A stretch of DNA of 64,000 nucleotides, taken from assembly GCA_010015585.1 (NCBI GenBank), contig ML975159.1. One strand, written 5' to 3'. The notes below the pieces were generated by a model. It did no database searches. It was given only the letters and a program-made list of their open reading frames with translations, and was not told the DNA's origin. Shown one piece after another: positions 44,240 to 56,474 of this stretch (position 1 is the first letter of the stretch; every line of letters begins with the position of its first letter). A program made the translations under genes and the position numbers. Source of the stretch: Eremomyces bilateralis CBS 781.70. Its lineage: Eukaryota.

Positions 44240-46010
44240 ATGGGCTCGTTTATCAGTTCCCTTATGCCTTCTGGTAGCGAGACAACTTCTGTCCAACACG
44301 GGAAGATGGCGCGTTCCCCGACTGCGCTAGGTCCTGATGGCGGACTCCGCGATCTCGTCCATGAGCTCGCGAATCTTTCTGAGACCGCTTTCTGGGAGAC
44401 TCTGAAGAAGGCTTATGCTCTTCGAAAGATGAGAAGCCAGGGCCGGGACAGTGATGACGAAGACATCGCTGATCGTCTCAAGCTAGAAGATGCATCTTTG
44501 CTCATTAACAAAGCAACCACCCCTATTGTCGCACGAACTCGACCCCGGAAAGCAAGTGAAGCAGGATCTGTCACTCCCTCTCGCTATGTATCTGCGGGGC
44601 TCAGGATGAGGGTCAGCCAGGCCGGGAGGTCTCTTTCGGAGTGCAAGGACAATCGAATTATCGCATCTTCTAACACAGTCGAGCGCGGGCACGATACCGA
44701 GAACCGAGCCATTCCACTCGCTCAGGACCCAGTCAAAGGCGATGACAAGAGCACTGCGAAGGAAATAGGTAAGAAAAATAATACTCATCGTCTTGTTAGG
44801 TCGTGCGCTTATATACCTTACAGCCCCGAAACAAGCCAAGACAGCCTCCACCGCAGACTGCGTTGAACAGCCAAGCTACTTCAAAGTTAACATCGATGAG
44901 ACCAAGGATGTTCAGTTCGCAAAGGAAGCTATCAAGGAAGAAGTGAAGATCCCCGCGCCCAAGTCGGCCGCCGAGAATTCTGTCGACACCGTCAAGGAGG
45001 AAGTGAAGATCCCCGCACCGAAGTCCACCACCGGGTCTTCTCTTGACAAAAGCAGTGAAATGGGAGTCCGCAAGGGGTCTCTACCTCAGAAGAGTTCTCT
45101 CTCTGAACCGACTGGGATCGTCGAGCCATACGAACCAAGCACCCCTAACACCGCGACGCAACTGGTCAAGAAGAGTGAGTGGATTGCGCCGTACGCTTCA
45201 CGGTCGCCCAGTGACTAATATTTGTTAGGGTCTGCGGAACTTACAACAGTCAAGACCGTGAAGCGATTCATCCAGTACTCGAGGACGGAGCTTCTTGTAA
45301 TCGGTGCAGCCATGGTCCTCCGTGACCGTGAACGTGCAGCCAAGGCCATCATTTGTGCCCGTGAAGATGGACTTACAAAGAAGACTCGGGCTGCATCGTC
45401 GTCAGCAATTGAATTCGCCTCTAACCGAGAAAGCGCAGTGGTTCGGACTCACGACGTGCCGGCAAAACCTCTCGATACGCCTCTGCCGAACATTGTGACG
45501 TCAACACCTGTCATCCAGGAACGAAAGGAGAACAAGCCTGCCGACAAGCAGGAGGCGAAGGTTAGCAAGGAAACCATGCCCATCGACAAGGAGGTAAAGG
45601 CTGGCAAGGAGACCATGCCTATCGACAAGCAGGAGGTAGAGGTTCGCCATGAGACAATGCCTATCGACAAAGTGGAGATCCACAAGGAGACCGTGCCTAT
45701 CGACAAGCAGGAGACGAAGGTTGGCAAGGAGATTATGCCTATCGACAAGCAAGAGGTGGAGGCTAGCAAGGAGAACATGCCTTTGTCCAAGCAAGAGCTA
45801 GAGGTTAGGAAGCCGGAAGATCAAGGTGCCACTAGTCCTGATCGTGGCCCTTTCAATCCTAAAGCTAAACCGTTCACCCCAGGTACTAGTAGGCAACCGT
45901 CCTCAGGCACCGCGCAGAAGACCATCTACTCTCCGGATGCATTCGACGCCTTCGAAAAGTACGTGACCCGCAACCACTCAGAGACCCCTGAGCCAGCGAG
46001 CAGCAAGTGA
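44240..46010 (+). CDS. Hypothetical low-complexity protein with internal tandem repeats; exons 44240-44768, 44824-45174, 45229-46010
   Basis: Two canonical introns (GTAAGA..CAG; GTGAGT..CTAAT..TAG) join three consecutive ORFs in frame. The internal repeats preserve the frame. No family recognised. Confidence 0.7.
45537..45812 (+). repeat. Coding minisatellite, about 7 copies of a 36-42-bp unit (PIDKQEV(E/K)VxKETM)
   Basis: Recurrent cctatcgacaagcaggag...aaggagaccatg; length variants differ by whole codons. A separate 60-bp-period duplication (KEEVKIPAPKS x2) lies at 44931-45035. Confidence 0.85.
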
Positions 46011-47819
46011 TGCATCCAAGGAGACATGAGACCGGGGGACTTCTGGGGCTGTTGAAAAAAGGTGTTGGGTGAATAGAGAGGAATTATTGGTCTTTGCTAG
46101 ACGACATGGTGAGAAATGACCTGTGAAGGTAAACGTTGACAAACAGGAGAACAAAACGCAGGTACTCTATACAACAAATTGATTGGTTCTTCTCAACGGC
46201 CGACATAGGACTGGCTGAAAATGATAAACGATGCTCTTACTTACCGTACGTACTCCCGGATGGGAACTTTCGAAATCGCATGCCGGCTTCGAGAAGTCAC
46301 CTCATTTGTCGTCATAGGAACCGCCATCCCCGTCTCGTAACGAAAACGGAAAAAACATGTTGATTGGCAAACGATCAACGCTTTATCTGTCCTCACGACA
46401 GCAGAATTTCACCCCAGGAATTCGGCCCGTGTGTCGCCCTGTAAAAGCCTGAGTGTTTCGGAGCTCTTGAGAGTGAGGCAGTTTTATCAACGCCCGATTT
46501 TTTTTGACGTGTCGAATGAATAGTCGTCAACGGTTTCAAAATGTTGTGGAGAGTCAATCCAAAGAGCCCAATATATGAACCATTCTTCCCAATCAGAGAT
46601 AAGCACGTCAGCCGATCAAGGATCAGAAGGGAGAATTCCTAGTCGGGTCAGCATTCTTGAGGGGTATCGTGTGCTTTCGTGGGCAAAAAGCACACGAGAC
46701 AACGAGGCTAATGCATGATGCTGGCTGCGAGTTTTCACACCCGAGGCGAACTAATTATCACGCCTGGATACAAAGAACTGCGTACTCCTTAGAGTCGCAC
46801 AGAATTCTTGCGAGATGCAAGGGAGGAAATGGTCTGCTTTCCATGCTCAGTACCAGTGTCGGTAGTGTCACCATATAATTTGATGCGTTGTGCCATGGAT
46901 TTAGAAGCGGCTGCATTGGATGCATGGGAATTCTGCCAACGAAGTCCGAAAGCCCTCCCCTTGCTTGAGTAACAGACAGAAAGGCGAGGCGCCCAACCGC
47001 CCTGTGAGACTCGAGTGAAGTTACCGTAGCCTTGCCTGTCCTCTCCGTTGTACAACAGAACCTTACCTCTTGCATGTATTGCGGTCCCGATCGGACATAC
47101 ATAGAGAGCCTCATGCTCATCAAAACGGAATTTCCCCCCTTTGTGCCTAAAATCCCAAACTTCGATCGGTCGAGTTCGCCAAACTGATGGACTAGCCCCT
47201 CTTCGAGAAACTTGACGTGTTTTATTATTAAGTTATTATTACTCCGATAGGTGACGAGAAAGTCAGGGCTGGGTGGCGTTTCAGTTGGCCAATCGGAACT
47301 TAAGCAGACAACCGCTTGGCGAGAACTCAGCCTCAACATCCAACATATTCGCTTCAAGGGCTGCCTTCATTTTTGTTATGACCAACCTCTGACTGATGTG
47401 AATGGACTCATGAAGTCCTCTTCGAAGTTCACCAGTCTCTCCACAACTTTACACATTGATACCCAAACGCAACTCAGGAGGCACGCGGATCGTCTGGGCC
47501 ATATATCGACGGAAGTCCGCATACACCCCACGCCACCGGCGGCAGGGTGGACTCCGAACAAATTTTCTGGGACCTAAGGATGCCCGCAGCTGCACTACAC
47601 GTTACGCGTCCGATCCCAAGACGCACGCGGCCAGTTTAGGACGACGACCTTCCAGACGAATAGACGTCCGACAAACCGATCTCAATTCGAGATCCTCATC
47701 CATCAATAGGATCAGGCATATGGAGCGGAGACATAGACCTTGCTGCATGTCTCAAGACTTGACGGTGACGGTTATCTCCTTGAAACACTCAATACACAGC
47801 ACCCGATCACGGGTCAAAG

Positions 47820-50800
47820 ATGTGGGATAGGACGCTGAACTCATTCAACAAAGGTTACCATTGGTTAAAAAAAGAGGAGGAGGGTGCACGGGAGCAGAAT
47901 GGGACGAGACATGGCTTGGGAGAGGATAGAGAGGCGAACGATGGGCAAGAGCTAGCGAGACGGAGAGCACAATCTAACGTCATCCCAATGCTTCCGAAAG
48001 CCTTCACCTTCAAGAGACAGAACTCGGAGATGCGAGACCGGTTGATGCCACACGAACCGTCCCCTGCAGAGCGAAGGGCACATTCGACAGACAGACGAGT
48101 TATACCAGGCCATAATCACGACATATCACCACCTCCCCTACCCCCTTACGCATCCGCTCCACACATCATACCGGCTCCAGAAACGACTTCACACTTGGTC
48201 CTTGACGACACCGAGGTGTCACCGAATGCGAACCAGACTGACAATCAGTATGCGGAGGACGACCAGTCTATATCATTAGGCTCTATACATCAAGCGTTGG
48301 AATCCGTAGCGGACAGTCTGGAAGACCCGGTTTTCCAAGCCGAGCTGGAGCTACGATGGATCTTGAACCTTAGCATGCATTTCCGTGACATGTCCGACCG
48401 CGAGAAGTTTTTCATCACATATGCGGCGGAGCCCAACCGCTGGCTACGGGTTACGGTCTCCCTGGACTACCGAAATCTCGATTCCTTACCCAACGATTCG
48501 CTTGAGGCGGACCTCAAATCATTGCATTACCAACGGGACAAGTCCGCCAGGATCTATGAAGCCGTAAGAGACAGCCTGAGTGATATCAAATGGTACGACA
48601 CGGTGACGAATCTCAAGCTGCAAACCCAAGATGGCAGGCTCCATGTGCACGTCACAGAAGATGTCTACGAGAATATCCAGTATCCCGCAGCCTCGGTCAT
48701 CGGGCATCTCGAATGTCCTCATATCCCCGAGAGTGATGTCGAGTTCGATAGCCATATTAGTGGGTTTGTGTATCGGGTTCGGGTTAACGGCTACCCATCT
48801 CACAATGATGCCTCCATTTCGCCGCCAGTGGACAACTTGTTCATTAAGAAAGAGATCCCAGGACCGGATGCGGTAGAAGAGTTCCTCTACGAGATCAACG
48901 CGCTGGCTTCGCTTAGGCATTCGCACCATGTCGTCCACTTCGACGGTATCATTGTTTCCCATGACTCTCAATCTCCTAATGCCGATTCCGCGCCAGCCGA
49001 GACTCCTAAAATCAAGGGACTTCTTCTTCGGTACGCTTCTAAGGGTGCTCTGATCGACATTCTCTATGACAACCGCATCATTCCTTCTCCGACCCAAGCC
49101 CACCATCCGTCTCCCACCTCGACCGGTGCGCTGGCGGATATGGATGGGACTTTGTTGCCTCTTGATCTTCGGCTCCGCTGGGCCTACCAAATTCTGGTTG
49201 GTTTACAGGACATTCACGCAGCCGGATTCGTTCAGGGAGATTTTACTTTGAGCAATATCGTACTCGATTCGGAGAACAATGCGCGGATCATCGACATCAA
49301 TCGACGAGGATGCCCCGTAGGCTGGGAACCACCTGAGCTAGCTTCGATCATCAAGTCCGGTGGACGCGTCGCCATGTACATTGGCGTCAAGAGCGACTTG
49401 TTCCAGGCGGGAATGGTCCTCTGGGGTCTCGGTGAAGGCTGGGATGAGCCCGAGCGAGTAGAGCGCCCGCTCACTGACAGGTGGGGATGCAAGGGCGGTG
49501 ATGCTCCTGGATGGTTCCGGGACCTCACAGCTATGTGTCTAAGCGAGAGACCGCATGATCGTCTCCCTGCAGAAGAGCTGGTTCGAAGATTTGAACAGCA
49601 CTGGAGCCCACCTTCCGTCGTCGACCCCCAGGCCGGATCCGAGGCAGTGCTTCTTGGATCCAGATCCAAATCTCTCAGCATCGACGAGTGTGAGTGGCCT
49701 TCCGAAATGAAAAAGGAATCCCCGAGCAAAAGTCCTGCAAGAAGCCCGAGTCCCCATCGACCGGAGAAGGAGTACATTGACCCAAGTCTGGCGATTAGTC
49801 TAGATGACATTCGTGTATTCAACGAGGAGAAGGCGCGACGCGGAATCCCCTATGAACGCCTTCCTAGCGAGCCTGAGATTGAACCTGATCAACAATACCC
49901 GAATGCCCCAATGGATCCCCACGAAAGAAGCCGCTGGATTGAGAGTCCTCCCGATGTTCAGCCATGCCAGCCACATGGACTTCAAGCCGTCGGTTCAGAC
50001 AACAAACCTAAATTGGATTTGGAGGGCATCCAAGACTTAACGTGTGGTTTGCATCTGCCGCACGTGGACGACCCTCTCCCCTCAGAATTTGACAATGATT
50101 TCCTGGCGCCTCATAGCGCCCCTCCACCCACTCTCACTACTGGAACTGGCACCGAGGCAGAAACGAGTCCTGAGCGGAGTCCTGAAGTCAACCATATAGA
50201 CTATTCTCCGAACGATGGGGATAACGAAACGTTGAATCTTGACGATTCGATCATGACGCCTCGACGGGAGACCCGTGGGAAACGGAAGGAGGTCGGCAAT
50301 GACCCCGACCGAGATCGAGACCGCGAGCACTCCGAACGCTGGGAAACGATCTATGTGGACGGAAACCAGCGATTGGTGTCACGCGGAAGTGGCATCATGG
50401 CCGCCAAAGAATCGCAGCACGACATCCCACTTGGTCTCGCTGGATCGCCGAGGAACCGCCCAGTCGCGATCGAGGAGCAGGATGAATCCGTGACTCCCCC
50501 GGGGCTTATTCCACCAGCCGATCTGTCGAACCACGGCTCGCGGCCAGGCAGTCACCCCAGCTCGCCTGGAAATCTGCGGCCATCTCTTCCAGAGCGGAGG
50601 GCGACGTTCCAGGAACGAATGGCACAGTTAAACCTGCGGGATGCCAAGGGGTTGGAGGGATGGGAGAATCAGATGATGAGGAGGGAGGATGTCGGTGGCA
50701 TGAGCCTTTTTGGCCCACCACCTCATAAAGACTCCGGATTTGAGGACGACGGTGGTGGTGGTGGTGGTGGTGGTGGCGCTGTGGGAGGTGGACGTGGAGT

Positions 50801-50861
50801 GGTTTCCGGTGGTCTCGATGGCCGGTCAGAGCAACCAAATGGTGCGGAACTATCTGCATGA
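47820..50861 (+). CDS. Fungal protein kinase-like protein with atypical catalytic motifs and a long disordered C-terminus
   Basis: 1013-aa ORF with LFIKKE, EEFLYEINAL, FVQGDFTLSNIV, ARIIDINRRG, GWEPPE and KSDLFQAGMVLW; pre-kinase block RWILNLSMHFRDMSDREKFFITY. An upstream exon is possible (acceptor-like CAG at 47797-47799). Confidence 0.85.
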   Translation: MWDRTLNSFNKGYHWLKKEEEGAREQNGTRHGLGEDREANDGQELARRRAQSNVIPMLPKAFTFKRQNSEMRDRLMPHEPSPAERRAHSTDRRVIPGHNHDISPPPLPPYASAPHIIPAPETTSHLVLDDTEVSPNANQTDNQYAEDDQSISLGSIHQALESVADSLEDPVFQAELELRWILNLSMHFRDMSDREKFFITYAAEPNRWLRVTVSLDYRNLDSLPNDSLEADLKSLHYQRDKSARIYEAVRDSLSDIKWYDTVTNLKLQTQDGRLHVHVTEDVYENIQYPAASVIGHLECPHIPESDVEFDSHISGFVYRVRVNGYPSHNDASISPPVDNLFIKKEIPGPDAVEEFLYEINALASLRHSHHVVHFDGIIVSHDSQSPNADSAPAETPKIKGLLLRYASKGALIDILYDNRIIPSPTQAHHPSPTSTGALADMDGTLLPLDLRLRWAYQILVGLQDIHAAGFVQGDFTLSNIVLDSENNARIIDINRRGCPVGWEPPELASIIKSGGRVAMYIGVKSDLFQAGMVLWGLGEGWDEPERVERPLTDRWGCKGGDAPGWFRDLTAMCLSERPHDRLPAEELVRRFEQHWSPPSVVDPQAGSEAVLLGSRSKSLSIDECEWPSEMKKESPSKSPARSPSPHRPEKEYIDPSLAISLDDIRVFNEEKARRGIPYERLPSEPEIEPDQQYPNAPMDPHERSRWIESPPDVQPCQPHGLQAVGSDNKPKLDLEGIQDLTCGLHLPHVDDPLPSEFDNDFLAPHSAPPPTLTTGTGTEAETSPERSPEVNHIDYSPNDGDNETLNLDDSIMTPRRETRGKRKEVGNDPDRDRDREHSERWETIYVDGNQRLVSRGSGIMAAKESQHDIPLGLAGSPRNRPVAIEEQDESVTPPGLIPPADLSNHGSRPGSHPSSPGNLRPSLPERRATFQERMAQLNLRDAKGLEGWENQMMRREDVGGMSLFGPPPHKDSGFEDDGGGGGGGGGAVGGGRGVVSGGLDGRSEQPNGAELSA
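50751..50774 (+). repeat. (GGT)8 coding microsatellite (poly-Gly)
   Basis: Read directly from the sequence. Confidence 0.85.
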
Positions 50862-51642
50862 AGAGCCATGCGTTGTGCTCGATTGTAGCACTGGCATTTA
50901 AATGCGACGGAATTGATCTCGGGATATTATGGGGTTCGATCAAGCGAGGCGAGCGGCGCAGTTGTCAATATAGCATTCAGTTGGACAGCGCATTTGATGG
51001 AGATTGGCGCGATGCGTAATGGTCTGTCTGCTTTTCTGTAAAATAGAAGTAAATGGATTCAGGATCCAGCTTGACTACCGTACGATTCTCATGGCCCTAT
51101 TGACAACTTAACCGCAGTGATTTACTCACTCATGTGGCGACAATCGCGCAGTTATCGGTCAGATACAATCCGTTATCCACCCCCTATCTGCCAAGACTTT
51201 CTCGCTTCGCCTGGCTTCATTTCTAACCCTGGCTGTATCCAGCATCCTCCATCTCTGCTCCTTGATCCTGTTCGTTGGATTCATGGCCTCAGCCATGATT
51301 TGATTCATTGTTTGTGTTAACAATTCCCAGCAAGAGCAGAAAATCCACGTGAGATAGGATTCCACATGTCCAAACGATGAAATGTTTGTTTTGCAATGGG
51401 GACGCGTCAAGCCATCATCACAGCACATTCACCTCGCTCTCTTCTTCTCATTGCCTCACAACAATATAGAACCTCTTTCAAGGGCATTATTCAATGGGAT
51501 TGGGCAATGTAAACCATTGCTTTATTTACATGGAGGAAGTTGATGTGGTTTCTCCCCTCTACTCGTCCCGTGCTTGAACTTTGTCCTCCGACAGTGTACC
51601 AAACTATCATTCTGAGAATCCGAGTCTATAGTCCCCTACAGG

Positions 51643-53136
51643 ATGTCGACACCCCATCCAAGCTCCCAGTCTGTGCCGTCTTCATTATCACGTAAGATGA
51701 TCTTTCCAATCAGGAAGGGGCTTGAGCTAATTCGGACCAGATCGCCTTGCGAGTGTTTCGGTCCTGGAGGCGCTCCAAACGGAGTCCCTTGCCACTACAC
51801 CTCTATCAACGCAGCTACGTAGCCTGGACATTCGTCTCCATGATGGGAAGGACCCTCAATATTCTAGCGATGTGAGGAGCGGAGGCTTGCCGCGCAGGCA
51901 GATAGCTGAGTTGTACGGACCTCCCGGCTCCGGAAAGACGGAGTTCTGGTAAGTATACTACGCAACACAGTTGACAGTTCCTGACCATTCGACAGTATTC
52001 AGCTCGCAGCAAACGCTGTCTGTAATGGAGGGAATGTTCTTTGGATTGGTGCGAGACTATATCCGAGTCCCTTTTGGCATGATATCTAACATTTACTGCT
52101 ATCAGATTGCAGCACGAAGCTATTTCGTCCTCGTTTCGACCAAGTCCTAGCAGCTGTGAATCCAAAGGCTTCTACAAGTTTCCCAGGCCAGATGAAAGAG
52201 CGAGGGGCCGGACTTCGCCATCTAGCGACGCCGTCGCTTGCGCATCTTCTTAGCATTATCAAACGCCCTCCTTCACAATTGGGTCTGGAGAAGAAGAGTC
52301 TCATGATACTCGAGTCGCTATCTACAGTTGTGGACCTAGCATATCAGCGCCTCACTAAGGAGCAGGAGAAGGAAAAGAAGAAGGATGGGGCTTGGCGAGG
52401 AAGCCGGAAATACGCTGTGCTCAATGACGTCGCATCTTCACTCAGCAAAATCGCTGCTATTCATAATATTGCCATCGTCATCACAAATCAAACCATAACG
52501 CGTATTACGGGAGGTGGTCGAGCTCTGCTCTGTCCATCAATATCAGGACCGGAATGGGAGAACTGCATATCGACGAAGATGGTAGTGTTTAGAGACTGGG
52601 GTCGTAAAAGAGCCACCTCACAGGGCAATGGTGAAGATGAAAAAGTTGGCGGTGTGCATGTCATTGGACTTTTGAAAGCCCGTGGAGAGAGATTGGACCA
52701 AAACGGCCGTTTTGGTGCTGTAATTCCGTTCGTCATTCACGAGGTGGGCCCCCTCCCTTTGCTGCGAATCCGAAGATCAAAACTAAGTGTACAACAGCAT
52801 GGAATTGAAGAAGTCGACTTACAACCATCTGCCATGCCACTGGCTATGCCGCTTTCGCCAACGAGGCCATCCACAAGAGTTCTGGCGGACGTGATACCCG
52901 ACTCGGAGGATGAGCTTGGATCGGACGGAGATTTCGATTGGTTCGAAGAGGCGGACTTTGCAATGGTTACTGACGAACCGAGTGAGCAGGAGAAGGATGC
53001 TAGCCAGGAAGATCGCGGAGAGGGCAGGAAAGAACAAGCCGGCTTCGCAATGTTGGCTGGCGAACCAAGTGGGCAGGAGAAGGATGTCGGTCAGGGGGAT
53101 AACGGAGAGGGTATGGAAGAAGAAGCGGTGACCTGA
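51643..53136 (+). CDS. RAD55: RecA/Rad51 paralogue, Rad55/Rhp55-like; exons 51643-51691, 51741-51948, 51996-52048, 52106-52743, 52798-53136
   Basis: Spliced GGLPRRQIAELYGPPGSGKTEFCIQLAANAV...VLWIDCST (Walker A); LMILESLS (Walker B-like); LSKIAAIHNIAIVITNQ; ALLCPSISGPEWE. The exact paralogue identity is less certain than the family. Confidence 0.8.
52945..53127 (+). repeat. 87-bp coding tandem duplication in the acidic tail of the RAD55-like protein
   Basis: EEADFAMVTDEPSEQEKDASQEDRGEGRK / EQAGFAMLAGEPSGQEKDVGQGDNGEGME. Confidence 0.8.
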
Positions 53137-56100
53137 GTCGAGAGAGCAATCCAGCTGGAGCCAGTTGAAGGCGCGATACTGGCTGGGAATCTATGTATCC
53201 TTCAGCAGAGGCGCTGATCTAGATCATTAGTATCAATGGCCTAGGCCCAAAGCCTCACCCCACGACATCCATGATCGACAATGTCGTCCCGTCACAGTAC
53301 TACTCTCATGCTGTCGTACGGAGGAGCATCCTTACCCGACACAACCCGTTGCGAAACGCCATCTCGCACAAACCAAGTATCCCATGCTGCAATGTCTGGA
53401 TATTCATGACACTCTTCAAAATATGACAGGTCAACTGGAGCATGTCGTGATCTCCAGCCAAACGCCCCATACCCCACACCCCCGCGCTACCCCGCGCTTG
53501 CAGTCAAGATCCTCGTTCACCTCCGGAACTTCGTCCCAGAATTCCGTCCCTTGTGTCCATTATGAGTCCCAGAGAATTGGGAGCGGATTTGTGTCTATGT
53601 CTTCCTTGAAGCCTGCTAACTTGAGATTCGGTGTACTGTGAGTTGTCACAACGTTTGCACAACGAGGCGGGGAAGATTCGGGATTCCCCACGGATGAACC
53701 TTCTCATGGAGAGTAATGGAGTGCGCGAGCGGCCTCCGAAATCTTAGCGGAAAGGTTTGTTATTTGGGGGTATTAAGCCGAAGTTCGTTTGATGCGGTTG
53801 GAAGTTGTATATTTTCTCATGCACAATCCTCAATGTTGAGGACTCAACAGCCATTGTTGTACACCGATATTTGGAAGACCGGAAGTTATTGAAGCACAGT
53901 ATGTAACAGGTATGTGGCTTCCCAGATTGCTTGAATCTACGACTGACCAGGTATTGCAGTCCTCAATGGTTCGATAAACGATTCATAGAAACATGCCTTG
54001 CGCAAACTACCGAGGATATATTCCACCGAGAGTGATATATCACCATTGTTCCCACTCCTCCCAGTCTACGATATTGGATTACGATTGCCTTGCACAAAAG
54101 TATGCAGGTTTACCGTAAATGAGACGAACCACTTCCGGCCAGGAGCCCTGTCCGCCTCGCTTTCGGCCCCAGAACCGAATAGATGAAGCGGGAGACCTTG
54201 GCAGCTGTCCCAGGAAACCAAAGCGTTGAGGATTCTCTTCCTTGCTCGATCGAAATCAGTACTAATTATACCGGTCATGAATTAAAGGTTCCTGGTCGTT
54301 CTTCCGCAACGAGATTACTCATACTCGATGCACCGAGGCCAATTCCAACCCGTCATGAATTGACTGGCCTGCGACACCATCAATGGATTACGTTAAATCA
54401 CATCATCAGCTGGCTACAACGATGTTTCCTGCTTTGTCACTCCCCAAGCTAGGATCATGAGCCGGATAATGAGTGCGGACACTGTGAACGACTGACTGCG
54501 GAATACTTCGTAACAGAACTCATACACAAAAACCATGAGGCAAGTCCATAACCTCATTTATTTTTCAAGTTTCCAAGTATATTTGGTCAAAAACCAAACA
54601 CTGCATAATTATATCTCAAATGGCTCATATCTGAGTTTCAAATGAGTCCTTCCATCCCAACAACCTCCTCTCACGTCGGTCCGAATCTGTTTTATAGGAC
54701 CGCGCGAGATTATGAAATGATGATGCCAAAGCATCCACGTAACGCTTTAATCAACCGACCCCTGAGTCTTCTAGAAAGACCAAGGGTAACGAACGAGTCT
54801 GTCTCTCACCACCGCGGTCCTTGACCGAACCTCGACCAGGACCGTCCACTCCCATGTAAATACCCCGTCGACGACCGCACCCCAACATCCGAAGCCCCAG
54901 CCCTCCCCTCCGCAAGCACCCCGCGCATGAGCCCCAACAACCGGGGCCCCGGATCCGCGTCGTAGATTGCCCTATATTGATACTCATATACCTTATCGCA
55001 CGCCCCGTCTGGGCCCACTCATACCACCGCAACGCCTCCCTTGAGTCCCTTCCCTCTCTGCCTATTCGTAACCGGCTCGACTGCTAAATTTGGGACCAGC
55101 GCAACAGATGCCCATTTTGGGCGTCTGAAGAAGACCCGCGTGTCTGGAATTGAGTGTAGCGTGACGAATCCATCGTGCCGTTGGATTTCCGCGGATGGGC
55201 TTCGATGGTGATGAAACCGAGGCTTCTTGTTTCAGAAAGACGACATACGGTCATTTTGCCACAGTCGGTAAGTTGCAGGTCCATAGGCCAAGAGCTGGTT
55301 GTCTGTCTAGCGGCATGTAGAGATGGTCTTTCGGCGTATCCGCTTTCTTGAGTAGACTACATGTGGCGATTCTAATAGGCAGCTATCGTACGGTAATGAG
55401 AAAGGTCGAGCGTTCCTGAAAAATCTCTTGCTGTTGTGGACAGATGTCTACGTTGGTGCGAAGCCATTCACCGAAATATGCCAAGTTCAAGACGAGACGA
55501 TCCCTAAGCTCTCCATTCAGGCTCCGCTGGCCGTAGTGCATTCCATATCGACGATCATGCCGTGGCTCAATAACTGCAGTAGGATAGGTTACCAAACTGA
55601 AGTTCCCCAGATTGAAAATGAATGGAGGACTGGAAGAGATTGAAATCCTGCCTCAGGCATCAGTGCTACATGTCGATCATCAATTTGAGTCCTCCGCTGG
55701 CATGCGCGAAGGCATGTGATATCAATTCATCTTAACGACAATGTATGACGACAGCGGTCTCCTGTGCCAAGTGGAGAAGTGTTTACGGCTTGGATGGTTC
55801 GTATTCCTGTGCTCCGCGCGTCTCTGGGACGTGTCGAAGTGTCGGATATCAGGATACAGTATTAACCGCGACAATCAGGGGCTGGCACATTATACGAAGT
55901 AGTCCACTTCAGATGAAATTCAATTCTAGACAATGCCGTCATCTCTCAGTTCTCATGATCCATCTCAAAGCACGGGAACGTGAACGCGGCATCACCGGCG
56001 TACAGATCAAATATCGACGTTGCGTCGCTCAATCCTATTAGGCCTCGCCATGGTGGCCGAAAATCTATTCTGAACAAACACGTCGTATGCAAAGTACATG

Positions 56101-56474
56101 TATGAAGAAGAAAAAGGTAGAGAAATCCGAGACGCACAAAGCACCGGAAAAGTATGATTGGAGATGTGTATGTTGTTGTAGCCCGAAACATTCCCGCCGG
56201 AAAGCGGGAACCACGGAGTGATCATGTTGATGATTGATAAAGCGTGAGGGAAGAAGAGAAGATAAGAAAAACAAGATCATAGCCATCGCTGGGCTTCCAA
56301 AAAACAATATCGGTCTATTTCAAGGGGGTTGTGATGCGTTCCATTCATGTCCGTTCCGAACCCAGTCAACCTTTCGCTTCATGCCCATCGATAAGAAAAA
56401 CCCATTCGAGAGAAAAAGGATAACAATGAAATCCTCCTTCTCCTACGTTTCGTTTACCCCCTACTGTCGTGATC

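Noticed and set aside
45537..45812. CRISPR-like repeat array
   Set aside because: The units are contiguous, degenerate and in-frame coding with no unique spacers, in a eukaryotic context with no cas genes.
48519..49822. 223-aa and 196-aa minus-strand ORFs
   Set aside because: Antisense to the kinase CDS; explained by codon bias.
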